Source: Candidatus Hydrogenedentota bacterium
GTDB lineage: Bacteria > Hydrogenedentota > Hydrogenedentia > Hydrogenedentales > SLHB01
Assembly: GCA_045863335.1 (NCBI GenBank)
Contig: BTVY01000023.1
Span: 1 to 64,000 of the forward strand
Direction of reading: 5' to 3'
Length of the DNA: 64,000 nt
The position numbers and the translations under genes were made by a program. Below are positions 40,428-50,353 of the stretch, piece by piece. The notes under the pieces were generated by a model. That model did not search any database. It was not told the DNA's origin and saw only the letters and a list, made by a program, of their open reading frames with translations. Every line of letters begins with the position of its first letter. Positions within the stretch are counted from its first letter, which is position 1.

Positions 40428-43400
40428 ATGAATGTGCCGACAGACTCTTTACCGCAAGGTAGACGCGCGCGCTGGAGACGCACGCTATTCGCGACGTTGC
40501 TTATTGCGCTCACGGTGATCACACTGTTTGTCATCGGTCTTCCTCAGCGTTATGCACTTGAGTATGGGTTGCGCAGCGCGCTGGGAACCAACGTGCGCGT
40601 CACGGGGTTGTCTATCGCTCCTTCCGTCCGGATTCGGGAACTGGTCGTCACGGGTGGCGCCGACACGCCTCCTGTCGTGATCCGCGGGATCAACCTTGAC
40701 TATGCGCTGAACGTCGATTCCATCGTTACCATTTCCACGGTCTATGTTGAATCAATCGCACTCGACTTGCGCCAAAACGAGGACGGCGCCACCAACTACG
40801 CTTTTGCACAGCGGCTTCTGCAGGGCGATTTGGAATCCAAACCCAGCGACGAACCGCCAATGGACATAGCGCCTTATCTGCCGGACTCGGTCGTGGTCGG
40901 CAACCTGTCCATCTTGTTGGAATCGCCACAGGGCAACCTCTCCCTTGACGGACTCCGGATGGAGGCCGATATGGAATCGGTCCTGGCCATGAATGCCCGA
41001 TTGCTTGGAGAGAACGTGCATGGCTTCGTCGCCGGTGCCGGTTTGGAGGAAAAGCAGCCGGTCAACGGCTCGATCGACCTCCAGTTCATGCGCAATATGG
41101 CCAGCATGGGATTCACTGCGTCCGTCGCTCTCGACGGCATCGCGACACTCGACGGCACGCTGCACACGATTGCCGCCGTGGGTACGACGGCCGCCCAATT
41201 GCGCATCGAGGAGGGCCGATTCTTGGACGACCGCTTCGCGGCCCTGTTACCTGGAGGGCTGCGGTTCGAGTCGCTCGATGTGTCGGGGACCGAGGTGACG
41301 ATGTCCTCGCCCCCGGGCATTCCCTGGGACGTAAACGCGAACATTCACGTCGATGGGAAGGGGATTCGCTATGGCGTCGCGGATCATGAATGGTACGAGG
41401 GCGACTTGCAGGTACGCGGGAATTACGACGGCGAACGCGGCGACTTCGAGGCGGTACTGAACAATGGTCAGCGGCTTTCCGTGCTGGTCAGCGGCGAGGT
41501 GGAAGACATCCACGTCGCCGCGACCCTCATCGATTGGGATCGCGCGGATCTCGCGGATGCGTTGCCCAAAGACTTCCGGCCCTTGCTTGACGAACTGCCG
41601 CACCTCAGCCAGATCGGTGCGTCCGCAGAAGTGCGAACGCAGTGGCCCGCCTATACCGTGAATGCTTCCGTCGACCCGCTCTTTACGCCCGAGGCTGGAG
41701 AAGGCGAACGATTTGCCCTGCGCATTGCGGGTGAGGGCAATACGAATGCGGCGCACGAGGACCTGTTTCATGGAAAATTGAACGCCACGCTCGGCGAGGG
41801 CGAGTTGAACGTCATCATCGATGCGGATTCCGCGAAGCGTTACAACGGCGACTTCAAGGTTGCCTACATTGACATGGCGCGATGGTTGACGCCGATCCAA
41901 CAACGCGTGCCCATCGCACCGCCGCCAGGCACGCTGAACGGATCGCTCCGTATCCGGCACGAGGCCGAGTTTGCAATCGAGGGCGAACTCTCCCTTGATG
42001 CGGATGAACCGGGACCGGACGTGTCATTGACGTTCACCGCCGCGTCGGAGACTCCGGAATCCATCATTCCAATGACCGGAAAAGGGACCGTACGGTTCCC
42101 CACGCTCGAACCTGAAGGGTCCGCGGACATTAACTTCCGAATGACCGACAAGGATCTGTCCGTCTCGTCAGTTCTTTCCAACGTCAATCTCGCTTCCGCA
42201 GTATCACTGGTCAATCGCGACCTCATGCCGGAAGGAATGGCAGCAACGCTGACGGGCAGCGCCAATGTCACGCGCGATTCCGAACAGGTTTCCATCGCGT
42301 TGAACGTGGACGCCGCGCCCGCAACGATCGCCGGGCTGACCGTACCGGCCGAACAACCATTGCACATCGAAGGTACGTTGCGCGGTCCGGCGGCGTTGAG
42401 CGAATTGCGCGCGGAGACGCTGGCATTACGATTGACCGACGATGCAAGGGTAGATATCGGCAACCTCGCGATTGCGTTCTCGCCATTCAAAGTTCGTGGC
42501 CACCTCACGGGACGCGTTGATTTCGACTACGTAGGCCCCATCATTGGACTGCCCACCGTGGTCGGTGCGCTTACGGTTGACGCGCCGTTTACGCTGATCG
42601 ACGGAGTATTGGAGGCGCCGCTACGCCTCGAAGGTGACGGATTCGGATATGGCAAATGGGCCGGACCTTACGGGACCCCCGTTGTACTGACGGGAGACGC
42701 ACGCTACGCGCTGGATACGCAGTCCCTCGGCATCGGCAACGCAGAAGTGCTCTGGGGAGAAAGCACGCGCATCACGAGCACGCAGGCCGCCGCTGTGTTG
42801 AGCCCCTTCTCGCTTTCGGCGCCTTTCGAGGTTGCCACGGATCTTGCTCCCTTGGTTGACCTCCGCTTTCTTGATGCCGCAGACGGCACGGCGACGGCGA
42901 ATGGCACGCTCGGCATTGGCAGCGGCCAGCAAACACGTGTGGAATACGATCTTGCCGCGCGGTCCCTGACCTTGGCCGGAGCCGTGGCCGCGTTCGGCGG
43001 ATTGTCGTCCTCCGGCAACCTGGTGTACGGCGAGTCGCTGGACGGACGGGTCCGATTCGCGGCCGCCGAAGCCGCGGCCGCCGGCGCGGTCCTGACCGAT
43101 CCCCGCGGCATTTGCATGATCGAGAACGGCGTTGCGCAAGCCACCCATGTCGAAGCTTCGCTCTATGGGGGGCGAACCGCTTTTGATGCGACGGTGAATA
43201 TCCTGGATATGGACGAGGGGGGCCGCCTGGACGCCCATCTCGAAGGGGTCGATTTGGATCGGTTTACCAAAGAATACGAACCGCCGTCTGTCGTGCTCAC
43301 GGGGATTGCCAACGGAGACGTGTCGCTGGTCTGGGCTGCGAACGGGCTCGCTGACTTGCGCGTCGATCTGGCCTCCGACGAGAACTTTTCCATGAACCGG

Positions 43401-43802
43401 GAGATCATCGAGAATCTGTTGCTCCAGTCCGTCACCGCGGACATGACCGGCCTCAAACGGCTCAACAAACGCATTCGCGAGGACACCATCGGCGAAGGAT
43501 CGCAACGCCCCTTCGAACGGGCAGTGGTCTCGTTGTCGCTCGAAGGCGACACTTACGAGGAGCAACGACTGATTGGACCGGTGTCCCTGGAAAGCGAAAT
43601 GCTCGACCTGTCCATCGACCTGGGCGTCGACCTGCTGGCTATTGCCAGCGCCATGGAGCTCCAGCAACAGGCGCAGCTTGGCGAAGGTGATACGATATCC
43701 GCAGAACCTGTACAATGGGAGCTTCCTGGAGAGTCTTCCAATCCCGATTCGAATAATTCGGACGATCCGTCGTCCAGTACGTCAAAGGAGGAGGAATCAT
43801 GA
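40428..43802 (+). CDS. Large AsmA-like/YdbH-like envelope bridge protein
   Basis: Single N-terminal TM, then ~1100 aa of amphipathic beta-rich sequence; coupled to a DUF1318 gene as in ydbH-ynbE-ydbL. Confidence 0.7.
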   Translation: MNVPTDSLPQGRRARWRRTLFATLLIALTVITLFVIGLPQRYALEYGLRSALGTNVRVTGLSIAPSVRIRELVVTGGADTPPVVIRGINLDYALNVDSIVTISTVYVESIALDLRQNEDGATNYAFAQRLLQGDLESKPSDEPPMDIAPYLPDSVVVGNLSILLESPQGNLSLDGLRMEADMESVLAMNARLLGENVHGFVAGAGLEEKQPVNGSIDLQFMRNMASMGFTASVALDGIATLDGTLHTIAAVGTTAAQLRIEEGRFLDDRFAALLPGGLRFESLDVSGTEVTMSSPPGIPWDVNANIHVDGKGIRYGVADHEWYEGDLQVRGNYDGERGDFEAVLNNGQRLSVLVSGEVEDIHVAATLIDWDRADLADALPKDFRPLLDELPHLSQIGASAEVRTQWPAYTVNASVDPLFTPEAGEGERFALRIAGEGNTNAAHEDLFHGKLNATLGEGELNVIIDADSAKRYNGDFKVAYIDMARWLTPIQQRVPIAPPPGTLNGSLRIRHEAEFAIEGELSLDADEPGPDVSLTFTAASETPESIIPMTGKGTVRFPTLEPEGSADINFRMTDKDLSVSSVLSNVNLASAVSLVNRDLMPEGMAATLTGSANVTRDSEQVSIALNVDAAPATIAGLTVPAEQPLHIEGTLRGPAALSELRAETLALRLTDDARVDIGNLAIAFSPFKVRGHLTGRVDFDYVGPIIGLPTVVGALTVDAPFTLIDGVLEAPLRLEGDGFGYGKWAGPYGTPVVLTGDARYALDTQSLGIGNAEVLWGESTRITSTQAAAVLSPFSLSAPFEVATDLAPLVDLRFLDAADGTATANGTLGIGSGQQTRVEYDLAARSLTLAGAVAAFGGLSSSGNLVYGESLDGRVRFAAAEAAAAGAVLTDPRGICMIENGVAQATHVEASLYGGRTAFDATVNILDMDEGGRLDAHLEGVDLDRFTKEYEPPSVVLTGIANGDVSLVWAANGLADLRVDLASDENFSMNREIIENLLLQSVTADMTGLKRLNKRIREDTIGEGSQRPFERAVVSLSLEGDTYEEQRLIGPVSLESEMLDLSIDLGVDLLAIASAMELQQQAQLGEGDTISAEPVQWELPGESSNPDSNNSDDPSSSTSKEEES

Positions 43803-44485
43803 AGCGTATCGGACTTGCATTGGCCACGACCGTGTCGCTCATCGCCCTCGGATGTGTCATCACCACGAAGCACAAGATCGATGCGCATATCGTGCTCGAT
43901 ATTCGCCATATTCAGGAACAGGCCGACGGGGTGCTCGACTATATCGAAGGCAAAACGGACGAACTACCGGCCGCGGCCCCCCCTAAGGAAAGCATGGGTC
44001 CGACGATTCTGGAGCGCGCCTGCTACGCCATGCTCTCCACCCCCGTGGCCTACGCGGCGGAGCTGAAGGAATCTTCGCCCAAGGTCAAGGAACTCGCCGA
44101 CAAGATGCGTGAGCGTCAGCCCAAGATCGAGGCGCTCAAGAAACAAGGCGCCATCGGCGAAGATAACCGCGGTTATGCCACGCTCCGCGAAAGCGAAGCC
44201 ATCGCGGATGCCGAGAAGAAGAACGAGGCGCAACAACTGATCGCCGCGGAAAACGCGGACCGCAAAGCCCTCTACCGCGAAATCGCCACAGACAATGCCG
44301 ACCAGAATGTTACGCTTACCACCGTAGAGCGGATCTTTGCGCAACGCCGTCTCATGCGTGCCGCCGCCGGAGAGGTCTTTCAGTTGCCGCCAGCTGGTGA
44401 CGACTTTGACAAGTTCAAGGCATCTCCCATGGGCCAGAAGCTCGGCGACGAATGCGCCCCCGGCGCCTGGGTCACCATGAAGTAG
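43799..44485 (+). CDS. Lipoprotein with YnbE-like N-terminus and YdbL/DUF1318 domain
   Basis: Lipobox IALGC, beta-strand segment HKIDAHIVLDI; DUF1318 motifs G.IGE.N.GY and ENADR..LY..IA. Confidence 0.8.
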   Translation: MKRIGLALATTVSLIALGCVITTKHKIDAHIVLDIRHIQEQADGVLDYIEGKTDELPAAAPPKESMGPTILERACYAMLSTPVAYAAELKESSPKVKELADKMRERQPKIEALKKQGAIGEDNRGYATLRESEAIADAEKKNEAQQLIAAENADRKALYREIATDNADQNVTLTTVERIFAQRRLMRAAAGEVFQLPPAGDDFDKFKASPMGQKLGDECAPGAWVTMK

Positions 44486-44536
44486 GGTTTTCCAATCACA
44501 CGACGCCGCGCTCTTCATGAGCGCTAGCAACCGAAG

Positions 44537-44569
44537 CGCCCGGGATTCACCTCCCGGGCGTTTGGGTTT
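44537..44569 (+). terminator. Stem-loop between convergent genes
   Basis: CGCCCGGGA / TCCCGGGCG stem followed by TTT. Confidence 0.5.
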
Positions 44570-46808
44570 CTGGCGGCCGGCAACATTCAGTCTTCGCCGA
44601 AAGATCGTCCGTGTTTGTCCGTGTTCGTCCGTGTGGCCACGGCCAAAACAACAAGGCCACCGCAAAAATACCCAGCAACCCGAGTCCCAACCCAGACCAC
44701 CGGACACCCACCTGAAAACTTTCGGGGTTAAAACGGAAGCGAATCTCCCGCTCGCCCGTTGGCACCACTACCCCCATGAAATCGCCGTTGACACGCAGAA
44801 TGGGAAGTACTGAGTTGTCCACCGCGCTTGTAGCGTGCCACCCTTTGTGAAAGCTTTCGCTAAGAATTAGCAGTTGGGGTGTTTCCGCGCGCACGTGTAC
44901 ATGCACGTCCCCCGGTCGCGAAGTCACTAAGCTCACCTCGCCGTCGCCGGGGCGTATGCCAATCGCTTCCTCGACAAGCGCTGTCGTCGCGACGTCAATG
45001 GTCTGGATATCTCGCGCCGGAGAATCGCTCACGATTGCCGAGCCCGCGAGATAAACCCGCGAAACCGGATCGCTCACCGGAATCCATCGACCCGGTTCGC
45101 GCGTCACATGGTCGTTCATGTAATACCGCGCACCCGGTTTCTCTTTGTAGGCAACCCCGGCCGCGCGCAATGCAGCGTCGCCGGAGTAATCGAGATTGCG
45201 CCGCGGCAGCACACCGGCAAGACCGCTGGCCATATCGTACTCGGCCAGAGCCCAACCGTTGCTCTCCGGCTTGCGGCCGGAGTACACGCGATACGGTCCA
45301 ATGTCGCCAGGCCCAGGAAAGCGCTGAGCGAAACGCTCGATCGTGGTGGGCGTGCTCCACCAATGGAGAAAGTGCAACCCGTAAAGCGACTGGTCCAAGG
45401 CGGCCAGCACGAACAAAAGCGGTAGTGCAAACCGAAGCCTGTACGCGGCCCCGGCAACAAGGACCACACAGGCCGTGGTCGCCAAGGGACCCCACCAAAG
45501 CAAGGGTGGCGTGGACAAGTCGCCATTGAGCGCTATATCGAGGACACCCCCGTACGCGAGCACGGCGAAGGCCCAGCTTGCGAGCGCAATCGCGACCGCC
45601 ACCGCGACCGCACTGCGCTTCAGACTCCGGCTGCATGCCCTCTGAAGTTGATCAAAACCGATTCCCGCGATCGCCGCCGTGGCAAAAAAGAAGAGAACCA
45701 GGTACCGGCAAGGTCCTTTGAACAACGAAATGAGCGGAATCCAGTTCACGAGGCGGTGGAACCCGGTGTAAGGACCAAACGCTAGGAGGAGAGCAAGTAC
45801 GGAACCCGCGAGTAAAAACACGACAAGTCTTCGTTGTCCGCCGAGGCGCGGCATGCGCACCAATGCCCAGACCAGCAGGAACGCACACACGGCGCCGCCG
45901 TACATGGTGAACTCCTGCAGGTTACCGTAGAAGCTTCCGTACTCGAAGAGGAATGGATTGAGCAGTTGCAGCAGGTTCAGCGGATGGAGCGAGAGGTAAT
46001 TGCGAAGCGCATCCGCGTCGGCGATGCGATCGGAATTCAGAAGGAAGTCATAGCTCGGAAGCCATTGGGCCGCGCCGATCAGGAATCCGATACCCTTCGC
46101 GAGAAACAAGAGGATGGGGGTCCCCCAACGCCGGTGCCGGAACGTCAGTGCCAGCGTATAGGCCGCCTCGGCGAGTCCGATGATCCAGATGAACTGCGGA
46201 TAACCGAGGAGCAGCTCCGATGCCGTCAGCAATGCCACTGCGATGACAGACCATGCGCGCTGGCGCGGAGTCCTGCCAGTAAACGCGCCATCGATCGCGA
46301 GGAGAAGCCACGGCAGATGAACTGTCATCTCGACAAGATGCATATGCGCCGCGCGCAGAATGCCGAATCCGGAGAAGGCAAATAAGAAGGCGGCAAACAG
46401 CGCCGCCGCACGGCTCATGGACCAGCGGCGAAAAAGCAGGTAGCAACCCGACAAGATGGCTGGATAGCAGAGCAGCAGTTCGAGATTAAAGGCTACCTGT
46501 AGGGGCAGGAACCGGTAGAGCAGGTAGTGCAACGGATGCAGAAATCCACCTTGGCCTTCGCCGTGGATGTAGTGCCCGCACAACACCTGCGGCTCCCACA
46601 GGAAGGAGTCCCCGTTACGCAGGCAGTCCTGGTAGAAGGCGCGCGCGGGTAGATGAAAGCCACCGAGGTCAATGTGGGTGTAAACCTTGCCAGTCAGCAA
46701 GGGGATAGACAGCGCGAACAGGACCGACGCACAACAGGCCAGGCCGACGCGGAGGAGGATCGTATCGCGGGGGTCGGTTTTGCGGCTTGGTTGTGATGTG
46801 GTTGGCAC
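44547..46808 (-). CDS. YfhO-like polytopic membrane protein (putative GT-C glycosyltransferase)
   Basis: Many TM helices, LW.P....G, HPL, C-terminal GW.A...LRVNGDFMGVVVP.G...I.F.F.P followed by a TM. Confidence 0.8.
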   Translation of the reverse strand: MPTTSQPSRKTDPRDTILLRVGLACCASVLFALSIPLLTGKVYTHIDLGGFHLPARAFYQDCLRNGDSFLWEPQVLCGHYIHGEGQGGFLHPLHYLLYRFLPLQVAFNLELLLCYPAILSGCYLLFRRWSMSRAAALFAAFLFAFSGFGILRAAHMHLVEMTVHLPWLLLAIDGAFTGRTPRQRAWSVIAVALLTASELLLGYPQFIWIIGLAEAAYTLALTFRHRRWGTPILLFLAKGIGFLIGAAQWLPSYDFLLNSDRIADADALRNYLSLHPLNLLQLLNPFLFEYGSFYGNLQEFTMYGGAVCAFLLVWALVRMPRLGGQRRLVVFLLAGSVLALLLAFGPYTGFHRLVNWIPLISLFKGPCRYLVLFFFATAAIAGIGFDQLQRACSRSLKRSAVAVAVAIALASWAFAVLAYGGVLDIALNGDLSTPPLLWWGPLATTACVVLVAGAAYRLRFALPLLFVLAALDQSLYGLHFLHWWSTPTTIERFAQRFPGPGDIGPYRVYSGRKPESNGWALAEYDMASGLAGVLPRRNLDYSGDAALRAAGVAYKEKPGARYYMNDHVTREPGRWIPVSDPVSRVYLAGSAIVSDSPARDIQTIDVATTALVEEAIGIRPGDGEVSLVTSRPGDVHVHVRAETPQLLILSESFHKGWHATSAVDNSVLPILRVNGDFMGVVVPTGEREIRFRFNPESFQVGVRWSGLGLGLLGIFAVALLFWPWPHGRTRTNTDDLSAKTECCRPPETQTPGR
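44605..44634. repeat. 10-bp tandem repeat (TYGTCCGTGT x3)
   Basis: tcgtccgtgt ttgtccgtgt tcgtccgtgt. Confidence 0.75.
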
Positions 46809-46877
46809 GGGTATCTTCCGGTTAATGGCTGGAAGATTGCCACGGTGAGGCTTCGGAATCCAGTGGAGGGAAGAGAT

Positions 46878-46953
46878 ATGGACCTGCGGTCCATGTGGGA
46901 CATGGGCTGGAAGCCCATGGCACCTCGAATCACGACCTGGAAGGCCGTGCCAC
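46878..46953. repeat. Cluster of three REP-like palindromes
   Basis: ATGGACCTGCGGTCCAT, CATGGGCTGGAAGCCCATGGCACC, CACGACCTGGAAGGCCGTGCCACC. Confidence 0.6.
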
Positions 46954-46990
46954 CTTCACGTGCCGCCTCTGGCGTCACGCGAAGTATCGG

Positions 46991-48055
46991 TCAGACCTTG
47001 CCGGACTCGATGGCGGCGACGGCTTTGCGGCCGAGCATGTGGACCATGACGATCAGCATGGCAAAGCGTTCGTCTGTGGTGAGCCCCTGTTTGTAGCGGT
47101 AGTAGATTTGTTGGACGATGACCGAAAGTTTAAGCAGGGCGAGAACGTAGTAGAAGAGGATACTCGAGATGTCGCGGCCGGTGCGGGCGGCGTAGGCCTC
47201 CGCAAGTTCCATGCGGGTCATGGCGCCGGGTTCGGTGGTGAGAAAGCACTGGACCACGTGCATCTCCTCGTCGTCGGCCTGGATCCAATAGCCGAGGGAA
47301 GTGCCAAGGTCCGCCAGGGGATCGCCGATGGTCGCCATCTCCCAATCGAGCACGCCGAGAATCTTCGTGAGGTCATCCGGATCGAGCACGATGTTGTCGA
47401 ACTTGTAATCGTTATGCACGAGCACGGCCCCGGTATCAGCCGGAATGCGTTCGTGAAGCCACGCGATGACACGATCGATCTCGGGAATGTCGTCGGTCTG
47501 CGAACCAGCGTAGCGCTTTGACCAACCTTTCACCTGACGTTCCACGTAGTTTTCGCCTTTGTACAGATCGGCAAGCCCGATGGCGCGATAATCCAGCGCG
47601 TGCAAATCGGCAAGATTCTCGATGAACGACTGGCAACACTGGCGCGTGAGGCCGGCTGTGTTTTCCAGCCCCTCCGGTTTTCTTGATCGAAGTATCACCC
47701 CCTTGATGCGTTCCATGACGTAGAACTGCGCGCCGATAATCGATTCGTCCTCGCAGAACGCCAAGGGGCTCGGCGCGGACGGATACACGGGATGTAATTT
47801 CGATAACACCACAAACTCGCGCCCCATATCATGGGCGGATTTCACCTTGCTCCCAAAGGGCGGACGCCGCAAAACGAGTTCTCGTTCGCCCGCGCGCAAA
47901 AGGTACGTCAGATTGGAATGGCCGCTCGGAAACTGCTCGACCACGATGGGTCCCTCCATGCCGGGCACAGCATCCGCCAGGTAGCGCGCGAGCGCCTCCG
48001 TGTCGAGTTCCTCTCCCTTGCGAACCGCGGCCGTGCCGTCAAGCGGACCCATCAT
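46991..48055 (-). CDS. APH-family phosphotransferase (ACAD10/11 kinase-domain/LvaA-like)
   Basis: G.SNLTY, VLRRPP, AHDM.RE, HNDYKFDN, VLDWEMATIGDPLADLG. Confidence 0.92.
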   Translation of the reverse strand: MMGPLDGTAAVRKGEELDTEALARYLADAVPGMEGPIVVEQFPSGHSNLTYLLRAGERELVLRRPPFGSKVKSAHDMGREFVVLSKLHPVYPSAPSPLAFCEDESIIGAQFYVMERIKGVILRSRKPEGLENTAGLTRQCCQSFIENLADLHALDYRAIGLADLYKGENYVERQVKGWSKRYAGSQTDDIPEIDRVIAWLHERIPADTGAVLVHNDYKFDNIVLDPDDLTKILGVLDWEMATIGDPLADLGTSLGYWIQADDEEMHVVQCFLTTEPGAMTRMELAEAYAARTGRDISSILFYYVLALLKLSVIVQQIYYRYKQGLTTDERFAMLIVMVHMLGRKAVAAIESGKV

Positions 48056-49269
48056 TGGTTCGCCCCCGACTTGATCGTGATGCCGTGACGTTTCAGGATG
48101 CGTTTCGCGACCGACTGCTTGTGAACTTCGTCCGGGCCATCGTAAATGCGCGCGGGCCGTTCGTGCCGGTAGAAGTGGGAGAGCACGGAGTCGTCCGTGA
48201 CGCCGTAGCCGCCAAGACATTGCACCGCGCGATCGACGACGCGCTGCATGGTGTTCGCCACGGTGAATTTGATGAGCGAAATCTCTTCCCGCGCTTCCTT
48301 CGCGCCGTGCTGCTCGATGCACCAGGCCGCGTGCAACACCATGAGCCGCGCCGCATTGATCTCTGCGCGGCTGTCGGCGATCCACTGTTGGACCATCTGC
48401 CGCGTGCCGAGCGGTACGCCCGGAGCAACTTCGCGTTTGGCCGCGTGGGCGCACATGATTTCAAAACTGCGTTCGCAGATCCCGATCCAGCGCATGCAGT
48501 GGTGGATGCGCCCTGGACCAAGCCGTTCCTGTGCGATGGCGAACCCCATGCCCTCGCCGCCGAGCAGGTTGGACTGCGGCACCCGGCAATCGTCAAAGCG
48601 AACCTCGCCGTGGCTGGCCCAATCCTCGCCTGCATCGCCCATGACGCCGATGTTGCGCACGTGCTTGTAGCCCGGGTTGTCGAGGGGCACGAGAATCATG
48701 CTCGCGCGGAAGTGAGGTTCCTGGTTCGGATCGGTCACCGCCATGACCACGGTGAACGAAGCGCCCTCGGCCGATGACGTGTACCACTTGTGACCGTTGA
48801 TCACGTAGTCATCGCCGTCTTTCACCGCCGTCGTGCTCATCCATACCGGATTGGATCCCGCATGCTCCGGCTCGGTCATGGCGAAACAACTGCGAATGTC
48901 CCCGCGCAACAACGGTTCGAGAAATGTTTTCTGCTGTTCCGGCGTGCCGAACTGAATGAGGATCTCCATGTTGCCCGCGTCGGGCGCCTGGCAATTGAAG
49001 CAATAGTGACCGAGCGGCGTGCGGCCCAGCTCTGCGCTCAGAAGACCATGCTCGACCAGACTGAGCCCGAGCCCGCCGTGCTCTTTGGAAATCTGCGGGA
49101 GCCACCAGCCGCGCTTCTTGACGTCTTCGCGGATGCGCGCCAGTTCCGGCAACAGCGCCTTGAATCCCCGCGCGTGGTCTCTGCGCTCGAAGGGGTACAG
49201 CTCTTTCTCAACGAACTCCCGGACGGCGCCGAGAAAATCCTGCGTCTGTTGCGGTATCGAGAAATCCAT
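48052..49269 (-). CDS. Acyl-CoA dehydrogenase (ACAD10/11/LvaC-like)
   Basis: FNCQAPDAGNME, FAMTEP, GHKW, AQ.RLGPGRIHHCMR, RIYDGPDEVH. Confidence 0.94.
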   Translation of the reverse strand: MDFSIPQQTQDFLGAVREFVEKELYPFERRDHARGFKALLPELARIREDVKKRGWWLPQISKEHGGLGLSLVEHGLLSAELGRTPLGHYCFNCQAPDAGNMEILIQFGTPEQQKTFLEPLLRGDIRSCFAMTEPEHAGSNPVWMSTTAVKDGDDYVINGHKWYTSSAEGASFTVVMAVTDPNQEPHFRASMILVPLDNPGYKHVRNIGVMGDAGEDWASHGEVRFDDCRVPQSNLLGGEGMGFAIAQERLGPGRIHHCMRWIGICERSFEIMCAHAAKREVAPGVPLGTRQMVQQWIADSRAEINAARLMVLHAAWCIEQHGAKEAREEISLIKFTVANTMQRVVDRAVQCLGGYGVTDDSVLSHFYRHERPARIYDGPDEVHKQSVAKRILKRHGITIKSGANQ

Positions 49270-49299
49270 GACCGGCTTCCTTTCTGCGGCAGGCCCCGC

Positions 49300-50019
49300 C
49301 TACCGGTACGTCCACAGCATGGGATCGTTGAGATGGGACATGCCATTAAATCCATTTAAGGTGAAGCGCCCGTTTGTGAACAGGAACTCCGTGGTCGAAG
49401 CGTTCCGCACCTGCCACACCAGTTCGAGCGTCGCCTCAGGAGTCGTGTTAAGGGCCATACCGAGTGCGACCGCCGTCGGGCCGCCGGAAGTAAACGCGGC
49501 GATGCGCTCGCCTTTCTTCGCGCGGTCGAGGATGGACCGGTACGCCGTTGTCACCCGATCCCGAAAGTCAGCGAAAGTCTCTATCGCGTCGTCCCGATAC
49601 TGTTCGTTGGCCCAGTGCAACATGAGCTTCTCAAAGGCCTTTTGGAAGTTCTTCTCCTTCTCGCGCTTGTCCTGGACTTCCATAAACTTCTGCATGAGCA
49701 ACAGGACTTGCTCATCCTCCGCACAAAGTTGGGGCATAAAACGCTTCGCCAATTTCTCGACGGCCATCTCCGCGATGGCCTCTTCGATTTGAATCTCAGG
49801 AAACGTCTCGCCGGCCTTCGCATAGCATTCCGCGACGATCTCCGCGGAACGGCGTTGCCGCGCCAGGGGACCGGAGTAGACGCGATCGAAGGCGATCCCA
49901 TGGCGGACCCAGAACTCCCCAAGGTGGCGGCACTGTTCCTCCCCCAACGGGCTCAGTTTGTCGTAGTCTTCCTCGTGAAACGAAGCTTGCCCGTGGCGGA
50001 CAAGAATGAGAACACCCAT
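49300..50019 (-). CDS. Histidine phosphatase family protein
   Basis: LVRHGQASF...YD.LS..G, FTSGG. Confidence 0.9.
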   Translation of the reverse strand: MGVLILVRHGQASFHEEDYDKLSPLGEEQCRHLGEFWVRHGIAFDRVYSGPLARQRRSAEIVAECYAKAGETFPEIQIEEAIAEMAVEKLAKRFMPQLCAEDEQVLLLMQKFMEVQDKREKEKNFQKAFEKLMLHWANEQYRDDAIETFADFRDRVTTAYRSILDRAKKGERIAAFTSGGPTAVALGMALNTTPEATLELVWQVRNASTTEFLFTNGRFTLNGFNGMSHLNDPMLWTYR

Positions 50020-50060
50020 TTTGTGCTGAGACTCCAATACGTGCGGTAGACCTTGATTGC

Positions 50061-50341
50061 AAATTCGAAATCCGAAGCACGAAATCCGAAAACAAATTCT
50101 AATAACCGAAATTCAAAAAGACCCGTTCTCGATCAAACCGAAACAACCAATCCTCGCGAAGACCTTGAACCATACCGAAACGCGAATCCTTCGTGGCTTG
50201 GACGCCGTCGCCCAAGACGTATTGTCGGAATAGCCTGAGCGCGGCTCCCAAAACCTTGGGCGAGGACGCCCAAGCACGGGATATACTTTCGCGCTTTGAA
50301 CATTAATCTGTTTCGGATTTCGTGCTTCGGATTTCGAGTTT
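50061..50341. repeat. MITE/REPIN-like element with ~33-bp inverted arms (copy 1)
   Basis: AAATTCGAAATCCGAAGCACGAAATCCGAAA at 50061 and a near-perfect inverted copy at 50309-50341. Confidence 0.75.
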
Positions 50342-50353
50342 AATCCCCTTACC

